A DNA stretch of 64,000 bases from Malacoraja senta (Eukaryota). The position numbers and the translations under genes were made by a program. The DNA lies in assembly GCA_038087875.1 (NCBI GenBank), contig CM075998.1, positions 6,822,001-6,886,000 on the forward strand, written 5' to 3'. Positions 11,050-24,460 of the stretch are shown one piece after another (within the stretch, counting starts at the first letter, position 1; the number at the start of each line of letters is the position of its first letter). The notes under the pieces are model-generated. The model was not told the DNA's origin and searched no databases. It saw only the letters and a list, made by a program, of their open reading frames with translations.

Positions 11050-11860
11050 GTGAGCCACGCCCTTGGGGCCCGGAGATCCGACCGCCCGCCCGACCGCCCT
11101 CTGCCCTCTGCCCGTGGTGACCCAGCATCACGGGGGCACGATGCCTCACTTTTGTTGAGGTGTCCTCCACCGTGATGCCAAATATTGATTCGGCCATTTC
11201 ATTACTTCCCATTATTCATACCCCATTCTCACCCTTTGGTGGTCCACGCCTACCTTAGCTATTCTCTTCATAGAACCATTGATTCGTGACCAAACCGTAG
11301 CGTAGCGGCGCAACTTACCATTGCTCTCGCCGGACGCACGGCGGCGCTGCAAGGTGCCGATACCCCGCCCTGACGCGCGGCGGCGCTGCCGGCTGCCGTG
11401 GCCGTGCTTTGAACGCCTGGTTGAAGATGGCGGTGCGGAAGAAAGATGGAGGCCCAAATGTGAAATATTTCGAGTCCTCGGACACGGTGTCGCAGTTCGA
11501 CAACGTGCGGGTGTGGCTGGGGAAGAATTACAAAAAGGTAAAGGGGCGTGGGGAATGGAGTTCAGCTGCGTGCGGCGGATGATGCAATTAAAACGGAGCG
11601 CTGGGCCTGATGGGCTTGTGAACAAAATAAGAAAGCTTATTATTGTTATTAAAATGAGAGGGGATGGAGAGCGAGGTCGCAGGGCCTGCCTCGCCATTCC
11701 CAGCTTCAACCGATGTGAGGCATCGTGCGACCAGTGCGCCTCCGGGGCCGGTGGGCACCGTGTGGGTGGAGGCGCGCTCGGGTCACCTGGCCCCGGAGGG
11801 AGGAGGGCGCCCTGTGAAGCGGCAAATGTGCCAGCCGGGCACCGGCCAACCCCACAAACC
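11050..11860 (+). promoter_or_regulatory. CpG-island promoter/first exon region of SMARCC2
   Basis: High CpG/GC density around the ATG, GC boxes (ccgccc), and YY1-type motifs cggccattt (~11191) and aagatggcgg overlapping the start codon. Confidence 0.75.
11427..11537 (+). CDS. SMARCC2: SMARCC2 (BAF170) coding exon 1, 111 nt
   Basis: [37 protein letters not shown]|gtaaag matches the vertebrate SMARCC2 N-terminus. Confidence 0.96.
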
Positions 11861-12084
11861 TGAACAATTAAACTATCTTCAGTTGGATATTGGCAACTTG
11901 TGGGAAGAGAATGACACAATGCTGGCAATCTGACACAAAAAACAAGATGCTACAAACTCTCAACAGGTCAGGAAGCATCTGGACAGAGAGAGAAAGAGAA
12001 AAGAACATCCTTCATCAGAATATTGCCCGTTTCTTGGGTTGGGTGATGGAGATAGAGAAAAACGTTGGAGCCACTATGATGAGA

Positions 12085-15000
12085 GTCCCACGAGAGAGAG
12101 AGAGAGAGTGGGACCCCTCAAGAATCAAAGCAGTCACTTCTGTGTGGAGCAACAGGAGATGGGCAAGGTCCTCAATGAGTATTTCTCCTCTGTATTTATT
12201 GAGGAGAAAGACAGGAGGATGGAGGAACTTGGGGCAGTCAATAGAAGTGTCTTGAGAGCAGTCAGTGTTAAGGTTGAAGAGGTGCTGAAGGGACTATCAT
12301 GTATGAAGGTGAACACATCTCCAGGGCCTGATCAGATATATCCGTGCAGACATAGAAAATAGGTGCAGGAGGAGGCCATTTGACCCTTCGAGCCAGCACC
12401 GCCATTCAATATGATCATGGCTGATCACCCAAAATTAGTACCCTGTTCTGGCTTTCTCTCCATATCCCTTGATTCCCTTAGCCCTCAGAGCTAAATCTAA
12501 CTCTTTTGAAAACATCCAGTGAATTGGCCTCCACTGTCTTCTGTGGCAGAGAATTCAACAGATTCATAACTCTCTGGGTATTAAATGTTTTTCCTTATCT
12601 CAGTCCTAAATGGCCTACCCCTTATTCTTAAACTGTGACCCCTGGTTCTGGACTCCCCCAACATCGGGAGCATATTTCCTACATCTACCCTGTCCAATCC
12701 TCTTAGAATTTTATATGTTTCTACAAGATATCCTCTCATCCTTGTAAATTCCAGCAAATACAAGCCCAGTCGACCCATTCTTCCATCATACGTCAGTCCC
12801 GCCATCCCGGGAATTAACCTGGTGAACTTATGCTGCACTCCCTCAATAGCAATAATGTCCTTCATCAAATTAGGAGACCAAAATTGCACACACTACTCCA
12901 GGTGTGGTCTCACCAGGGCCCTGTACAACTGCAGTAGGACCTCCTTGCTCCAAAACTCAAATCCTCTCACAATGAAGGCCAACTGTATCTGCTGTATCTG
13001 CATGCTTACTTTCAGTAACTGATGTACAAGCACACCCAGGTCTCGTTGCACCTCCCCTTCTCCTAACCTGACACCATTCAGATAATAATCTGCCTTCCTG
13101 TTCTTGCCACCAAAGTGGATAACCTCACATTTATCCACATTGTACTGCATCTGCCATGCTTCTGTCCACTCACCCAACCTATCCAAGTCACCCTGCAGCC
13201 TCATAGCATCCTCTTCGCAGCTCATACTTCCACCCAGCTTTGTGTCATCCGCAAACTTCGAGATGTTACATCTAATTCCATCTAAAGCATTCATATATAT
13301 TGTAAACAACTGGGATCCTAGCACTGAGCCTTGCGGCACCTCACTAGTCACTGCCTGCCATTCTGAAAAGGACCCGTTAATTCCGACTCTTTGCTTCCTG
13401 TCTGCCAACCAGTTCTCTATCCATGTCAATACCCTACCCCCAATACCATGTGCTCTAATTTTGCACACTAATCTCTTGTGTGGGACCTTGTAAAAGGCTT
13501 TTGAAAGTCCAGATACACCACATCCACTGGCTCTCCCTTATCCATTCTACTTGTTACATCCTCAAAAAATTCCAAAAGATTAGTCAAGCATGATTTTTCC
13601 TTCATAAATCCATGCTGACTGACTGATCCCGTCACGGATCCGATTGTGGGAAACCAGAGAGGAAATTGCGGGAGCCCTGGTTGAAATTTACGAGTTGTCT
13701 TTAAATACAGGAGAGGTGCCGGAAGACTGGAGGGTGGCAAATGTTGTGCCTCTTTTCATGAAGGGCTGCAGGGAAAATGCTGGGAACTGTAGGCCAGTGA
13801 GCTTAACATCTGTAGTTGCAAAGTTACTGAAGAGTATTCTGAGGTTGTAGGTTATTCAGCCAATTAGATGGACAATGGCTGATTAGGGCTATTCAGCATG
13901 GTTTTGTACGTGGGAGGTCGTGTCTCACAAATCTGATTGAGTTTTTTGAAGAAGTGTCCAAAATGCTTGATGAGGGCAGAGCTGTAGATGTATATATGGA
14001 CTTCAGCAAAGCATTCAACAAGGTTCGGCATGGTAGGCTGCTCTGGAAGGTTAGATCGCATGGGATCTAAGGAGAGATAGCTGAATGGATAGCAAATTGG
14101 CTCCATGGAAGGAAGCAGAGGGTGATGGTGGAAGGTTGCTTCCCGAGCTGGAGGCCTGTGACTAGTGGTGTGCCTCAGGGTTCGCTGCTGGGCCCATTAC
14201 TATTTGTCATCTACTTCAATGATCTGAAAGAAAACATACATGGGAAGATTAGCAAGATGATACAAAAGTGGGTGGTTTTGCAGATAGTGAAGATGGTTGT
14301 GAAAAATTGGCAGCAGGACCTTGATCGATTGGCCAGGTGGGCTGAGGAAGGGTTGATGGAATTTAATGTAGAGAAATGTGAGGTGTTGCATTTTGGGACA
14401 TCGAACAAGGGCAGGACCTACACAGTGAAGGGTAGGGCTCTGGGGAGTGTTGTAGAGCAAAGGGATCTAGGAGTACAGATGCATGGTTCCTTGAAGGTCG
14501 AGTCGCAGGTAGATAGGGTGGGCAAAAAGGCTTTGGGCACATTGGCCTTCATCAGTTAGAGTATTGAGTAGAGAAGTTGGGAGGTCATGTTGCAGTTGTA
14601 TAAGACGTTAGTGAGGCCGCATTGTGCTGAGTATTGTGTTCAGTTGTGGACACTATGTTACAGGAAGATATCAAGCTGAAAAGGGTACAGAGTACATTTA
14701 TGAGGATGTTGCCAGGACTAGAGTGTCTGAGCTACAGGGAGAGGTTGAGTCGGCTGGAACTCCTTGGAGCGCAGTAGGATGAGGGGTATTCTTGTAGAGG
14801 TGTATAAAATCATGAGAGGAATAGATCGGGTAGATGCACAGTCTCTTGTCTAGATTAGGTGAATTGAGGACCAGAGGTTAAGGTGAAGGGGAAAAGATTT
14901 AATAGGAATCTGAGGGGTAACTTTTTCCACACAAATAGTAGTGGGTGTATGGAACAAGCTGCCAGAGGAGGTAGTTGAGGCATGGACTATCCCAACATTT

Positions 15001-15155
15001 AAGAAACAGTTAGACAGGTACATGGATAGGACAAGTTTGGATGAATATGGACCAAATGCGGGCAGGTGGGACTAGTGTAGCTGGGACATGTTGGGCGGTG
15101 TGGGCAAGTTGGGGCCGAAGGGCCTGTTTCCATACTGTGTCACTCCATGACTATT
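12085..15155 (+). mobile_element. CR1 LINE (+) split by a second CR1 (-) at ~12346-13620
   Basis: + strand: LNEYFSSVF..SPGPDQIYP, then after the insert [23 protein letters not shown]1 tail. Insert: minus ORFs 12893-13468 and 12581-12889 with KFADDTKL and a catagaaaataggtgcagg tail. Confidence 0.85.
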
Positions 15156-15419
15156 GAACACATGGGTGCCCATCCCTGTTAAATGACCTTGCCCCCCCAA
15201 ACAGATACAAGAAACTGCTGATGCTGGAATCTTGATCAAGACATAAAGTGCTGGAGGATCTCAGTGGGTCAGGCTGCCTCTGTATTGGGAAATGGACTTA
15301 AAACGTTTTAGATCTGGACCCTGAAATTTCATCTAGACTGATGAAATTGGGGTGGGGGTAGGGTTGGGTGCTGGAAAAGAGAGGCGGGGTGGGACCAAGG
15401 CCTGGCAAATGATAGGTGG

Positions 15420-15642
15420 AAAGATCGACACAAAAAGCTGGAGTAACTCGGATGGTCAGACAGCATCTCTGGAGAAATGGAATAGGTGATGTTTTGGATT
15501 GAGACCCTTCTTCAGATTCTTAAGTGTTGACCCAAAACTTCACCTATTCCTTTTCTCCAGAGATGCTGTCTGGCAGGCTGAGTTACTCCAGCTTTATGTC
15601 TATCTTCAGTTTAAACCAGCATCTGCAGTTCCTTCCTACACA
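15420..15642. mobile_element. Palindromic Penelope-derived (pLTR-like) element; similar copies near 9505, 38375, 42180, 51600, 54060, 55185, 56790
   Basis: gacacaaaaagctggagtaactc..agcatctctggagaa is inverted relative to ttctccagagatgctg..gagttactccagc. The same motif is attached to the GIY-YIG fragment at 51056-51405. Confidence 0.6.
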
Positions 15643-16180
15643 AATGATAGGTGGATACAAGTGAAGGAGTTTAAATTGACAGATGGGTGGAGTATGCGAC
15701 CAAGGCGAGAGATGAGACAAACGGTCTCTGATAAGAAGAGTGAAATGTAAAGCAAAAGGGAGGGATATAGGTATGGAGAGACCAGGTCTGCTGAATCTCC
15801 TGGTTGTTAACCATTTTAATTGCTATTTCCACACTACTGATCTATGTTAGCTTCAGCAAGGAACTGTTTACATTTTGTCCTGAGTTCAGTAAAAGCCAGT
15901 ATGCCTTTTAAGCTCGCAACAGAATCAAAATTAGATGCAAGTAGACAAAAAGTATTAATCGACAAAGTAAGCAGTTAAAAAGAAATAAACAACAAACTGT
16001 CAAGCAAGTAAAAAGCTCATCTGGTTGAATAAATAAATAAAACGAGCCTGGATAGGGATGAAGGATGAGGTGACCTGCTGCAGATACAAGTTGTTGGAGA
16101 TGAGTGAGATTGCCAGCAACCACCGCTGCAGTGTCCACTTCGCTTCTGTGATGCTGAGTTGAGGGGATGGGACCCAACAG

Positions 16181-16231
16181 TCTATCTATCTTCTATCTAT
16201 CTATCTTCTATCTATCTATCTATATTTAAAG

Positions 16232-16268
<37 letters not shown>

Positions 16269-19200
16269 TGTGTGTTTGTTCACGTCTCTTTACGAGTAGC
16301 CACTCGTGATTAAATTTCGTCGTGTTTATGTGCACGTTTTTAATAAAATCCTTCTTCCCCCCCCCCCCCCCAAAATGTCAAGATGTTAAAAAAAAACAGC
16401 TCTCAGCCATAGAATATTAGTGAAGGTTCCGTCGTGTGATGTCACAATGCCCAATGCTCACAGATGTCCCATCGGCATGGATCCATTTACATATGCCTTT
16501 GCACCAGCCCCAGCCCCTCCCCCCCACCCCCGCAGCCTGTGTCGAAGCGAGTCATCACGTGTGTGGGAATAGAGAAAGAGGATTGGGGGTGATAGGGAAT
16601 GGGGAACAGATGGACTGTCCCTACCCCTCCCCCTTCCACTCTCCCTCCCCACTATTTCCCCTCTCTCCCCCCACCCCTATCACCCCACCCCTCTCCCCCT
16701 CCCTCCACACTCTTCCCCCTCCCTCCCCTAACCCATCTCCCTCCTCCCCTCCCTCCTCCCTCCCCCATCCCTCACCCCCTCCTCTCTCTCCCTCCCCATC
16801 CCACTCTCCCCCTCCCCCATCCCTCTCTCCTCCCCCTCTCCCTCCCTCTCCTCACCATCTCCCTCTCCTCCCCCTCCTCCTCCCACCCCCATCCCTCTCT
16901 CCCCCACCCCCATTCCTCTCCCCCCTTCCCTCCCCCACCCCCTTCCCTCCCCCACCCCCTTCTCTCCCCCACCCCCTTCCCCGTCCCCACTCTTCCCCCT
17001 CCATCCACACTCTTCACCCTCTACCCCTACCCATCTCCCTCCTCGCCTCCCTCCCCCCTCCCCCACACCTCTCTCTCCCTCCCCTCTCTCCTCCCCTCCC
17101 CCACCACTCTCTCCTCCCCCTCTCCATCTCCCTCTCCTCACCCCTCTCCCTCTCCTCCCCCTCCTCCCACCCCATCCCTCTCTCCCCCACACCCCTTCCC
17201 TCTCTACCCCACCCCCTTCCCTCTCTCCCCTGCCCCCTTCCCCCTACCCCTCTGTCCCTCTTCCACCACTCCCCCTACCCCTCTGTCCCTCTTCCACCAC
17301 CCCCCCTCCCCCCCCTCCCCACTCTTCCACTTCTCTCCCCATTACCACACCCCTCTCCCTCTCCCTCCCCCACCCCTCTCTCTCCCCCTCCCTCCCCTTT
17401 CTCCCCCACCCCTTCCCCTACCCCTCTGTCCCTCTTCCATCACTCCCCCTGTCCCTCTTCCACCACTCCCCTACCCCTCTCCCCTCCCTCCCTCCCCACT
17501 CTTCCACTTCTCTCCCCCCCTCCCCCTCCCACTCTCCCTCCCCACTCTTTCCACTCTCTCCCCCCACCCCTCTCCCCCTCCCTCCCCTACCCCATCTCCC
17601 TCCTCCCTTCCCCCCCCCATCCCTCCCCCCCTCCCCACACCTCTCTCCCCCTCCCCCATCCCTTTCTCCTCCGTCCCCCACCCCTCTCTCCTCCCCCTCT
17701 CCATCTACCTCTTCTCACCCCTCTCCTCTCCCCTCCTCCTCCCACTCCATCCCTTTCTTCCCCACCCCATTCTCCCTCCACACTCTTCCCCTTCCTCCAC
17801 ACTCTTCCCCCTCCCTCCCCTACCCCATCTCCCTAATCCCCTCCCTCCCCCACACCTCTCTCCCCCTCCCCCATCCCTCTCTCCTCCGTCCCCCTTCCCT
17901 CTCTCCCCCCGCCCCCAACCCCTCTGTCCTTCATCCACCACTCCCCCTACCCCTCCCTCCCCACTCTTCCACTTCTCTCCCCCTTACCCCACCCCTCTCT
18001 CTCTCCCCCTCCCTTCCCCTTCCCTCCCCTCTCTCCCCCCACCCCTTGGATGGGGGAGGGGGAGAGAGGTGTGGGGGAGGGAGGGGATTAGGGAGATGGG
18101 GTAGGGGAGGGGGAAGAGTGTGGAGGGAGGGGGAAGAGTGTGGAGGGAGAAAGAGGAGAGACCCAAAAAGAAATAACTGAATATGTCGAGGATCAACGAG
18201 AAAGAACACAAAACATGGAGCAAGAGACACAACAAAAATGAACATAACTGAATACATTTTATCTTTGTTGTATTTTAAGTTATTTACATTTTAAGATTTC
18301 ATAAATCACTTTTCCACTTGCAGCGCCTGTCAGCCGCTATCTCTCTGCTCTCTCTCTCTCTTTGATCTTTATCTTTTTCTCTGCCCTCTCTCTCTCTCTT
18401 CCACTCTGTCTGTGCACACTCTCTCTGCCACCCCCCCCCCTAGATGCACCTGAGAGGTGAGGGCTGTTCGTCAGTGGATAGGGTGGAGATGGGGAAAAAA
18501 AAGCCAATTAATAAAATTAAGATAATATCAAGGGGTGTGATGAGTGTGTGTGTTTGTGGGTGCAAGATTCCAACCCCGCAACCGTGCTTTGGAGGAACAG
18601 ACCCAACGGTTAGTGTGACGCCGCAGCCCCCCCCCCCCCGAAACGCCCGTTGGGGAGACAGACCCAACGGGTCTGCACTTGGTCTAGTTTATATTTTAAA
18701 CTCTGTGTGTGTGTGTGTGTGTCTGCTTGACGTGCCAGCGCCAGCCTTTGATACCGCGCTACGCCAACACCACACGCAGAAACGGCGAGATTTTTTCCAT
18801 TTCGGTAGAGATTTCACTTTTCTTTACGAGTAGCCACTCCTGATTAAATTTCGTCGTGTTTATGTACACATTTAAAATAAAATCCTTCTCCCCCCCACCC
18901 CAAAATTTCAAAATGTTAAAAAAAACAGCTCTCAGCCATAGAATGTTGGTGAAGGTTCCGTCCTGTGATGTCACAATGCCCAATGCTCACAGATGTCCAA
19001 TCGGAATGGAACCATTTACATATGCCTTTGCAGCAGCCCCAGCCCCAGCCCCTCCACCCCACCCCCGCAGCCTGTGTCGAAGGGCGTCATCACGTGTGTG
19101 GGAATAGAGAAAGATGATTGGGGTGATAGGGAATGTGGAACAGATGGACTGTCCCTACCCCTCCCCCTTCAACTCTCCCTCCCCACTATTCCCCCTCTCT

Positions 19201-21294
19201 CGCCCCACCCCTATCACCCCACCACTCTCCCCCTCCCTCCACACTCTTCCTCCTCCCTCCCCTACCCCATCTCCCTCCTCCCCTCCCTCCCCCATCCCTC
19301 CCCCCCTCCCTCCCCCATCCCTCCCCCCCTCCCCCACACCTCTCTCCCACTCCCCATCCCTCTCTCTCCCCCTCTCCATCTCCCTCTCTTCACCCTCTCC
19401 CTCTCCTCCCCCTCCTCTTCCCACCCCATCCCTCTCTCCCCCACCCTCCTTCCCTCTCCCCCTTCCATCCTCCACCCCCTTCCCTCTCTCCCCCACCCCC
19501 CTCCCCCCATCCCCCTTCCCTCCCCACTCTTCCCCCTCTACCCCCTACCCCATCTCCCTCCTCGCCTCCCTCCCCCCTCCTCCACACCTCTCTCCCTCTC
19601 CCCCCTCCCCCACCACTCTCTCCTCCCCCTCTCCATCTCCCTCTCCTCACCCCTGTCCCTCTCCTCCCCTCCTCCTCCCAACCCCATCCCTCTCTCCCCC
19701 ACCCCCCTCTCTCTACCCCACCCCCTTCCCTCTCTCCCCGTCCCCTTCCCCTACCCCTCTGTCCCTCTTCCACCACTCCCCCTACCCCTCCCTCCCCACT
19801 CTTCCACTTCTCCCCCCCTTAACCTCCCCCTCCCCCACCCCTCTCTCCCTCCCTTACCCCTCCCTCCCTCTCTCCCCCACCCCTTCCCCTAACCCTCTGT
19901 CCCTCTTCCACCACTCCCCCTGTCCCTCTTCCACCACTCCCCCTACCCCTCTCCCCCTCACTCCCTCCCCACTCTTCCACTTCTCTCCCCCCTCCCCCTC
20001 CCACTCTCCCTCCCCATTCTTTCCCCTCTCTCCCCCCACCCCTCTCCCCCTCCCTCCACACTCTTCTCCCTCCCTCCCCTACTCCATCTCCCTCCTCCCC
20101 TCCGTCCCCCACTCCCCCACACCTCTCCCCCCTCCCCATCCCTCTCTCCTCCCGTCCCCCACCCCTCTCTCCTCCCCCTCTCCATCTCCCTCTCCTCACC
20201 CCTCTCCCTCTCCCCCCTCCTCCTCCCACCCCATCCCTCTCTCCACCACCCCCCTTCTCCCTCCACACGCTTCCCCCTCCCTCCACACTTCCCCCTCCCT
20301 CCCCCACCCCATCTCCCTAATCCCCTCCCTGCCCCATCCCTCCTTCACCTCTCCCCCTCCCCATCACTCTCCCCCCACCCCCTTCCCTCTCCCCACCCCC
20401 CTTCCCTCTCTCCCCCCACCCTCTTACCCCTCCCCCCCACTCTTCCCCCTCCCTCCACACTCTTACCCCTCACTCCTCTACCCCACCCCCCCTCCCCACA
20501 CCTCCCTCCCCTTCCCCTCTCTCCTCCCCTCCCCCACCGCTCTCTCTTCCCCCTCTCCATCTCCCTCTCCCCACCCCCTACCCCTCTCCCCCTCCCTCTC
20601 TCTCACTTCCACCACTCCCCCCTCCCCCCGCCTGTGTGTTTGGGGGGTGGTTAGTGTGAGTGTGACGCCGCAGCCCCCCCCCCCCCCGCAAACGCGCTTT
20701 GGGGAGACAGACCCAACGGGTCTGCACTTGGTCTAGTTAACTATTAAAGCTCTCTTCGGTTGTACGTTGGCTTGTACGGATTCTATTTCGCGAATATTGC
20801 TTTTAGCTGTCATGGTATCTCCTCCTAAACCCAACACGGTAATGGAGAATTCTTTACATATTCTGGTAGAGTTTTTCCTCGTGAATCCAGCCATTTGAAA
20901 ATTAGAAAATTGAAAATTATTTCCCCACTTTTTTAGTAAAAAACATCACCAAATCTGACAATTAAAAAAAATCATACTGCGGCTGACGTCACAATGCCTT
21001 TGCTCGAGCCCCAGCCCCGCCCCCCCTCCCGCCTCTGTGTTGAAGCACGTGATCATGTGATCAACATGGCGGCCGTTGCGCCCCGCTCCGCCCACAACCC
21101 ACCCCAAAACCCAGGTAACTATTAACATGTAACTATTAAAACTCTGTGGCCCAGCCGCCCGCCCCCCCCCTCTTCATTAAAGTTACGTTATCCTCCCCCA
21201 TACAATCTGAGATATTTTTTAAACAGCTGCATGCCGTTACAATGGCTCCAGATGGTCTGTCTTCATCAGAGCTGATAATAAATGTCTTCTCTCT

Positions 21295-21334
<40 letters not shown>

Positions 21335-21901
21335 GCCTCTCCATCCCATCTTCCCCCCCTCTATCTCTTTCTCTGCCCCACTCTCTCTGCCCCTCGAGAT
21401 AGGACGATAGGAGCCAATGAATAATATTAATACATCAATGGGGGTGGTTAGTGTGTGTGACACTGCAGGCCCCTTCCACCCCCGCAACCGCTCCCCCTCT
21501 CTGCCCCCACTCTCCTAGGGAATCCCCAATTCCCCCACTTCTCCCCTCCCCCACTTCCCCTTCTTTTCCCCCCTCCTCTCTCCCCCTTCCCCCCCTCTCT
21601 CCCCCCCTCCCTCCCTTCTCCCCTGTCACCCCCCTTCTCCCCTCCTCTCTCCCCTCCTCCTCCCCCTCCTCCCTCCCCCCCTCCCCCTTTCCCCACCTCC
21701 CCCTTTTCCCCTCCTCCCCTCCCCCTCACCCCCTCTCTCCCTCTCTCCCTCCCTCCCCTCTCCTCACCCCATCTCCCCCTCCCCCCTTTACCCCCCTTGT
21801 GTGTGTGGGGGGTGGTTAGTGTGTGTGAAGCCGCAGCCCCCCCCCCCCCCCAGCAACTGCGCGTTGAGGGGACGGGACCCAACGGGTCCCCCTTGGTCTA
21901 G
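16181..21901 (+). mobile_element. Tandem array of non-autonomous Helitron-like elements containing long C/T tracts
   Basis: Three 3' termini with a hairpin then CTAG: cagacccaacgggtctg-cacttggtCTAG (ends 18687 and 20736) and gggacccaacgggtccc-ccttggtCTAG (ends 21901). The 5' start is TCTATC..tatttaaagctct. Blocks 16287-16640 and 18821-19170 are duplicates. Confidence 0.65.
16620..18045 (+). repeat. Polypyrimidine (C/T-rich) low-complexity tract; similar tracts at 19155-20630 and 21490-21795
   Basis: Almost G-free + strand built from shuffled ctcccc/ccctct/cccacc units. Confidence 0.95.
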
Positions 21902-22404
21902 TAATCTATAACGTTTGTTGACAGCATGAAGGTAGGTGGTAAGGTACGTTTTAAGGATACAGTTTAGTTAAGTGAATGGGCAAAAAGATGACTGGTGGAG
22001 TGTAATGAGGGGAGGTGTTTTCCATTTTGGTAGAAAGAATGGAGAAGCAAAATATTATTTAAATGGCACAAGACTATTAAATGTTGGTGTTAAACGAGAT
22101 CTGGATGCCCTAGCATGAGAAACACAGCAAGTTTTTGTCCTGAAACATTAACTCTCTTTTTCGGTCTGATCAGTCTAGCTTGTCTTTTGAACTGTTTGTG
22201 GCACAATGAAAGGTTACTTTGGACTGTATGATGACACCTGTGTGCTGCTGTGGTATGATTCATGGTCTTTATACTGTGCCTACAGTATGCTTAGGCTGTA
22301 GCACAATTATGGGTGAAGCTTTGCCAGCCATAACAATCATGAGCGAGATCGTCCCAAGTTTGTGACTCATTGGTAACTTGGAGGCAGTCCTTGAAATATT
22401 CTTG

Positions 22405-23027
22405 TGCGGCACGGTGGCACAGCGGTAGAGCTGCTGCCTTACCCCGCCAGAAACCCGGGTTCGATCCTGACTATGGGTGCTGTCTGTGCGGAGTTTGTAT
22501 GTTTTCTCTAGGATCTCCGTTTCCTCCCACTCTAAAAAGACGCACAGATTTATAGGTTAATTGGCTACGATAAAATTGTAAATTGTCTCTAGTACAATAC
22601 GATACGATGGAACTTTATTCATCCCAGGAGTGAAATTGGTCTGCCAACACTCACAACACACAGCAAAGTACACGAAAACTTGAAATTAAAATTAAACTAA
22701 AAGTGTAAATAAACACAAGCGACTGCTGTCTGACTGCCGTGTGCACAGAGCCTTCACCGGAACAAACAAAGAAACATAGACTTATCTCCTGGGCAGAGGA
22801 TTCTAAACTAGAGTGCCCCCCGTCCCCACACCAGGTCTCCCTTTGTTCTCCCACCGTCCCTCACGGCAGTCCCCCCACGCCGTGTCCTCCATTGTTCTTC
22901 ACGGCGGTCCCCTCACTGTTCTTCGCGGTGTGTAGGATAGTGTTAGTGTGCGGGGATCGCTGGTTGGCATGGACTCGGGTGGGCTGAAGGGCCTGTTTCC
23001 GTGCTGTATCTCTAAACTAAACTAAAA
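22405..23027 (+). mobile_element. HE1-like V-SINE interrupted by a ~335-bp insert (22594-22928)
   Basis: Same head, core and tail as 6122-6428. The ..ttgtctctagt|..|gtgtgtaggatag.. junction is split by an element with a (tacga)n end. Confidence 0.8.
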
Positions 23028-24127
23028 TTCTTCCGAACCCCCTGAGAGAAACTGTTCTCCTTTTGGTCACCAATGAAGATCTTTGGCATTTGCTCATCTG
23101 GGAACAGACACATAGGGTCATGGGTGAGCTGTAGAGACTTGGATCTCAAATTTAGGAGGCAAACTGCCAGGACTGCATTGCAATAAATAGGCAGGTCGAG
23201 AATAGTGGTCAGGATTCACCCAACACTTAATTCATCCTCCTGCTTGTTCCTTCCTTTGTTTACTTCTGTCTTTTAATTCCATTAGTTAATTGGTGACATC
23301 TGCTCGGATACGGGAAGCCATTCTGCTCTCAGGTGCAAGCGTATCAGCCACATTTCCCTTCCCATCATTTTCTCTGTACCCCTGTAACTTATTTTCTTTC
23401 TCCCCTCAATCCTCCTTTGATTCTTTTTGCTATTGATCTACACAAACGATGTAGATCCACCTACAGTTTAAATTCCATTTGGAATATTTTGGAGGACCAA
23501 GAAACCAAGAACCAAGAACGATAATTTGCAGTACCTGAACATTTTTCATCTGTGAGAGGAAATAGGCGCACCCAGGAGAATCCCATCTGGCCACTGAGAG
23601 GACATTCATACTCCACATACCAAGGTTGATGGAGCTGTGAGGCAGCAACTCTAGCCATTCGCCACTGTGCTAAGGCAGACAGTCCAAGCTTTTGGTGTTC
23701 CATTGAGATTTTTTTCTGTTCTTGCATTATTCACTTTAATAATATATTTCAAATATAAATTATTCCTAACTCACACTTTGATCTTCCTACTTCACTGTTT
23801 TTGGAATGTCAGATCTGGTCACCTTAAACAAAGTTCCTCAAAGCTTCCTGTACATTACAAGCATTTCCGATAGGCATGTTTTAGAAGTGAAGCCTGTAGA
23901 ATGTTTCTTTCAGGGCAATGTGCTGATTTATTTTGGAAGAATGTCATGTAATGTTTTTAAAAAGAGATTTATAAAATCAGACACCATAAATCCATTTACC
24001 TTCCAGTGGAGCTTTACTTTTTACAGTAGTATCACCTATGATTTATTTCTGTATTCTCCAGGTTAGGGAGGCTCTGGACTCGACTTGTGCATTTAGCAAA
24101 TCATGCTTTAAATATAAATGATTGTGA

Positions 24128-24337
<210 letters not shown>

Positions 24338-24460
24338 TAGGTATGCATTCATTAATACTGGTTTAACATGGGAGCACTAGTAAACAATTCAGATATCTCG
24401 CATTTCCACCATACAATTAGATCATGGCTGATCTCCATCTGCCAGTTTCACTCCTGTAAC

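Noticed and set aside
11212..11928. ORFs of 238 aa (-) and 180 aa (+) over the CpG island
   Set aside because: GC-rich chance ORFs. The real coding frame is SMARCC2 exon 1 at 11427-11537.
16436..21882. Long Pro/Ser/Leu-rich and Gly/Arg/Glu-rich ORFs (extensin/formin-like)
   Set aside because: Artefacts of stop-free C/T low-complexity DNA, open in multiple frames on both strands.
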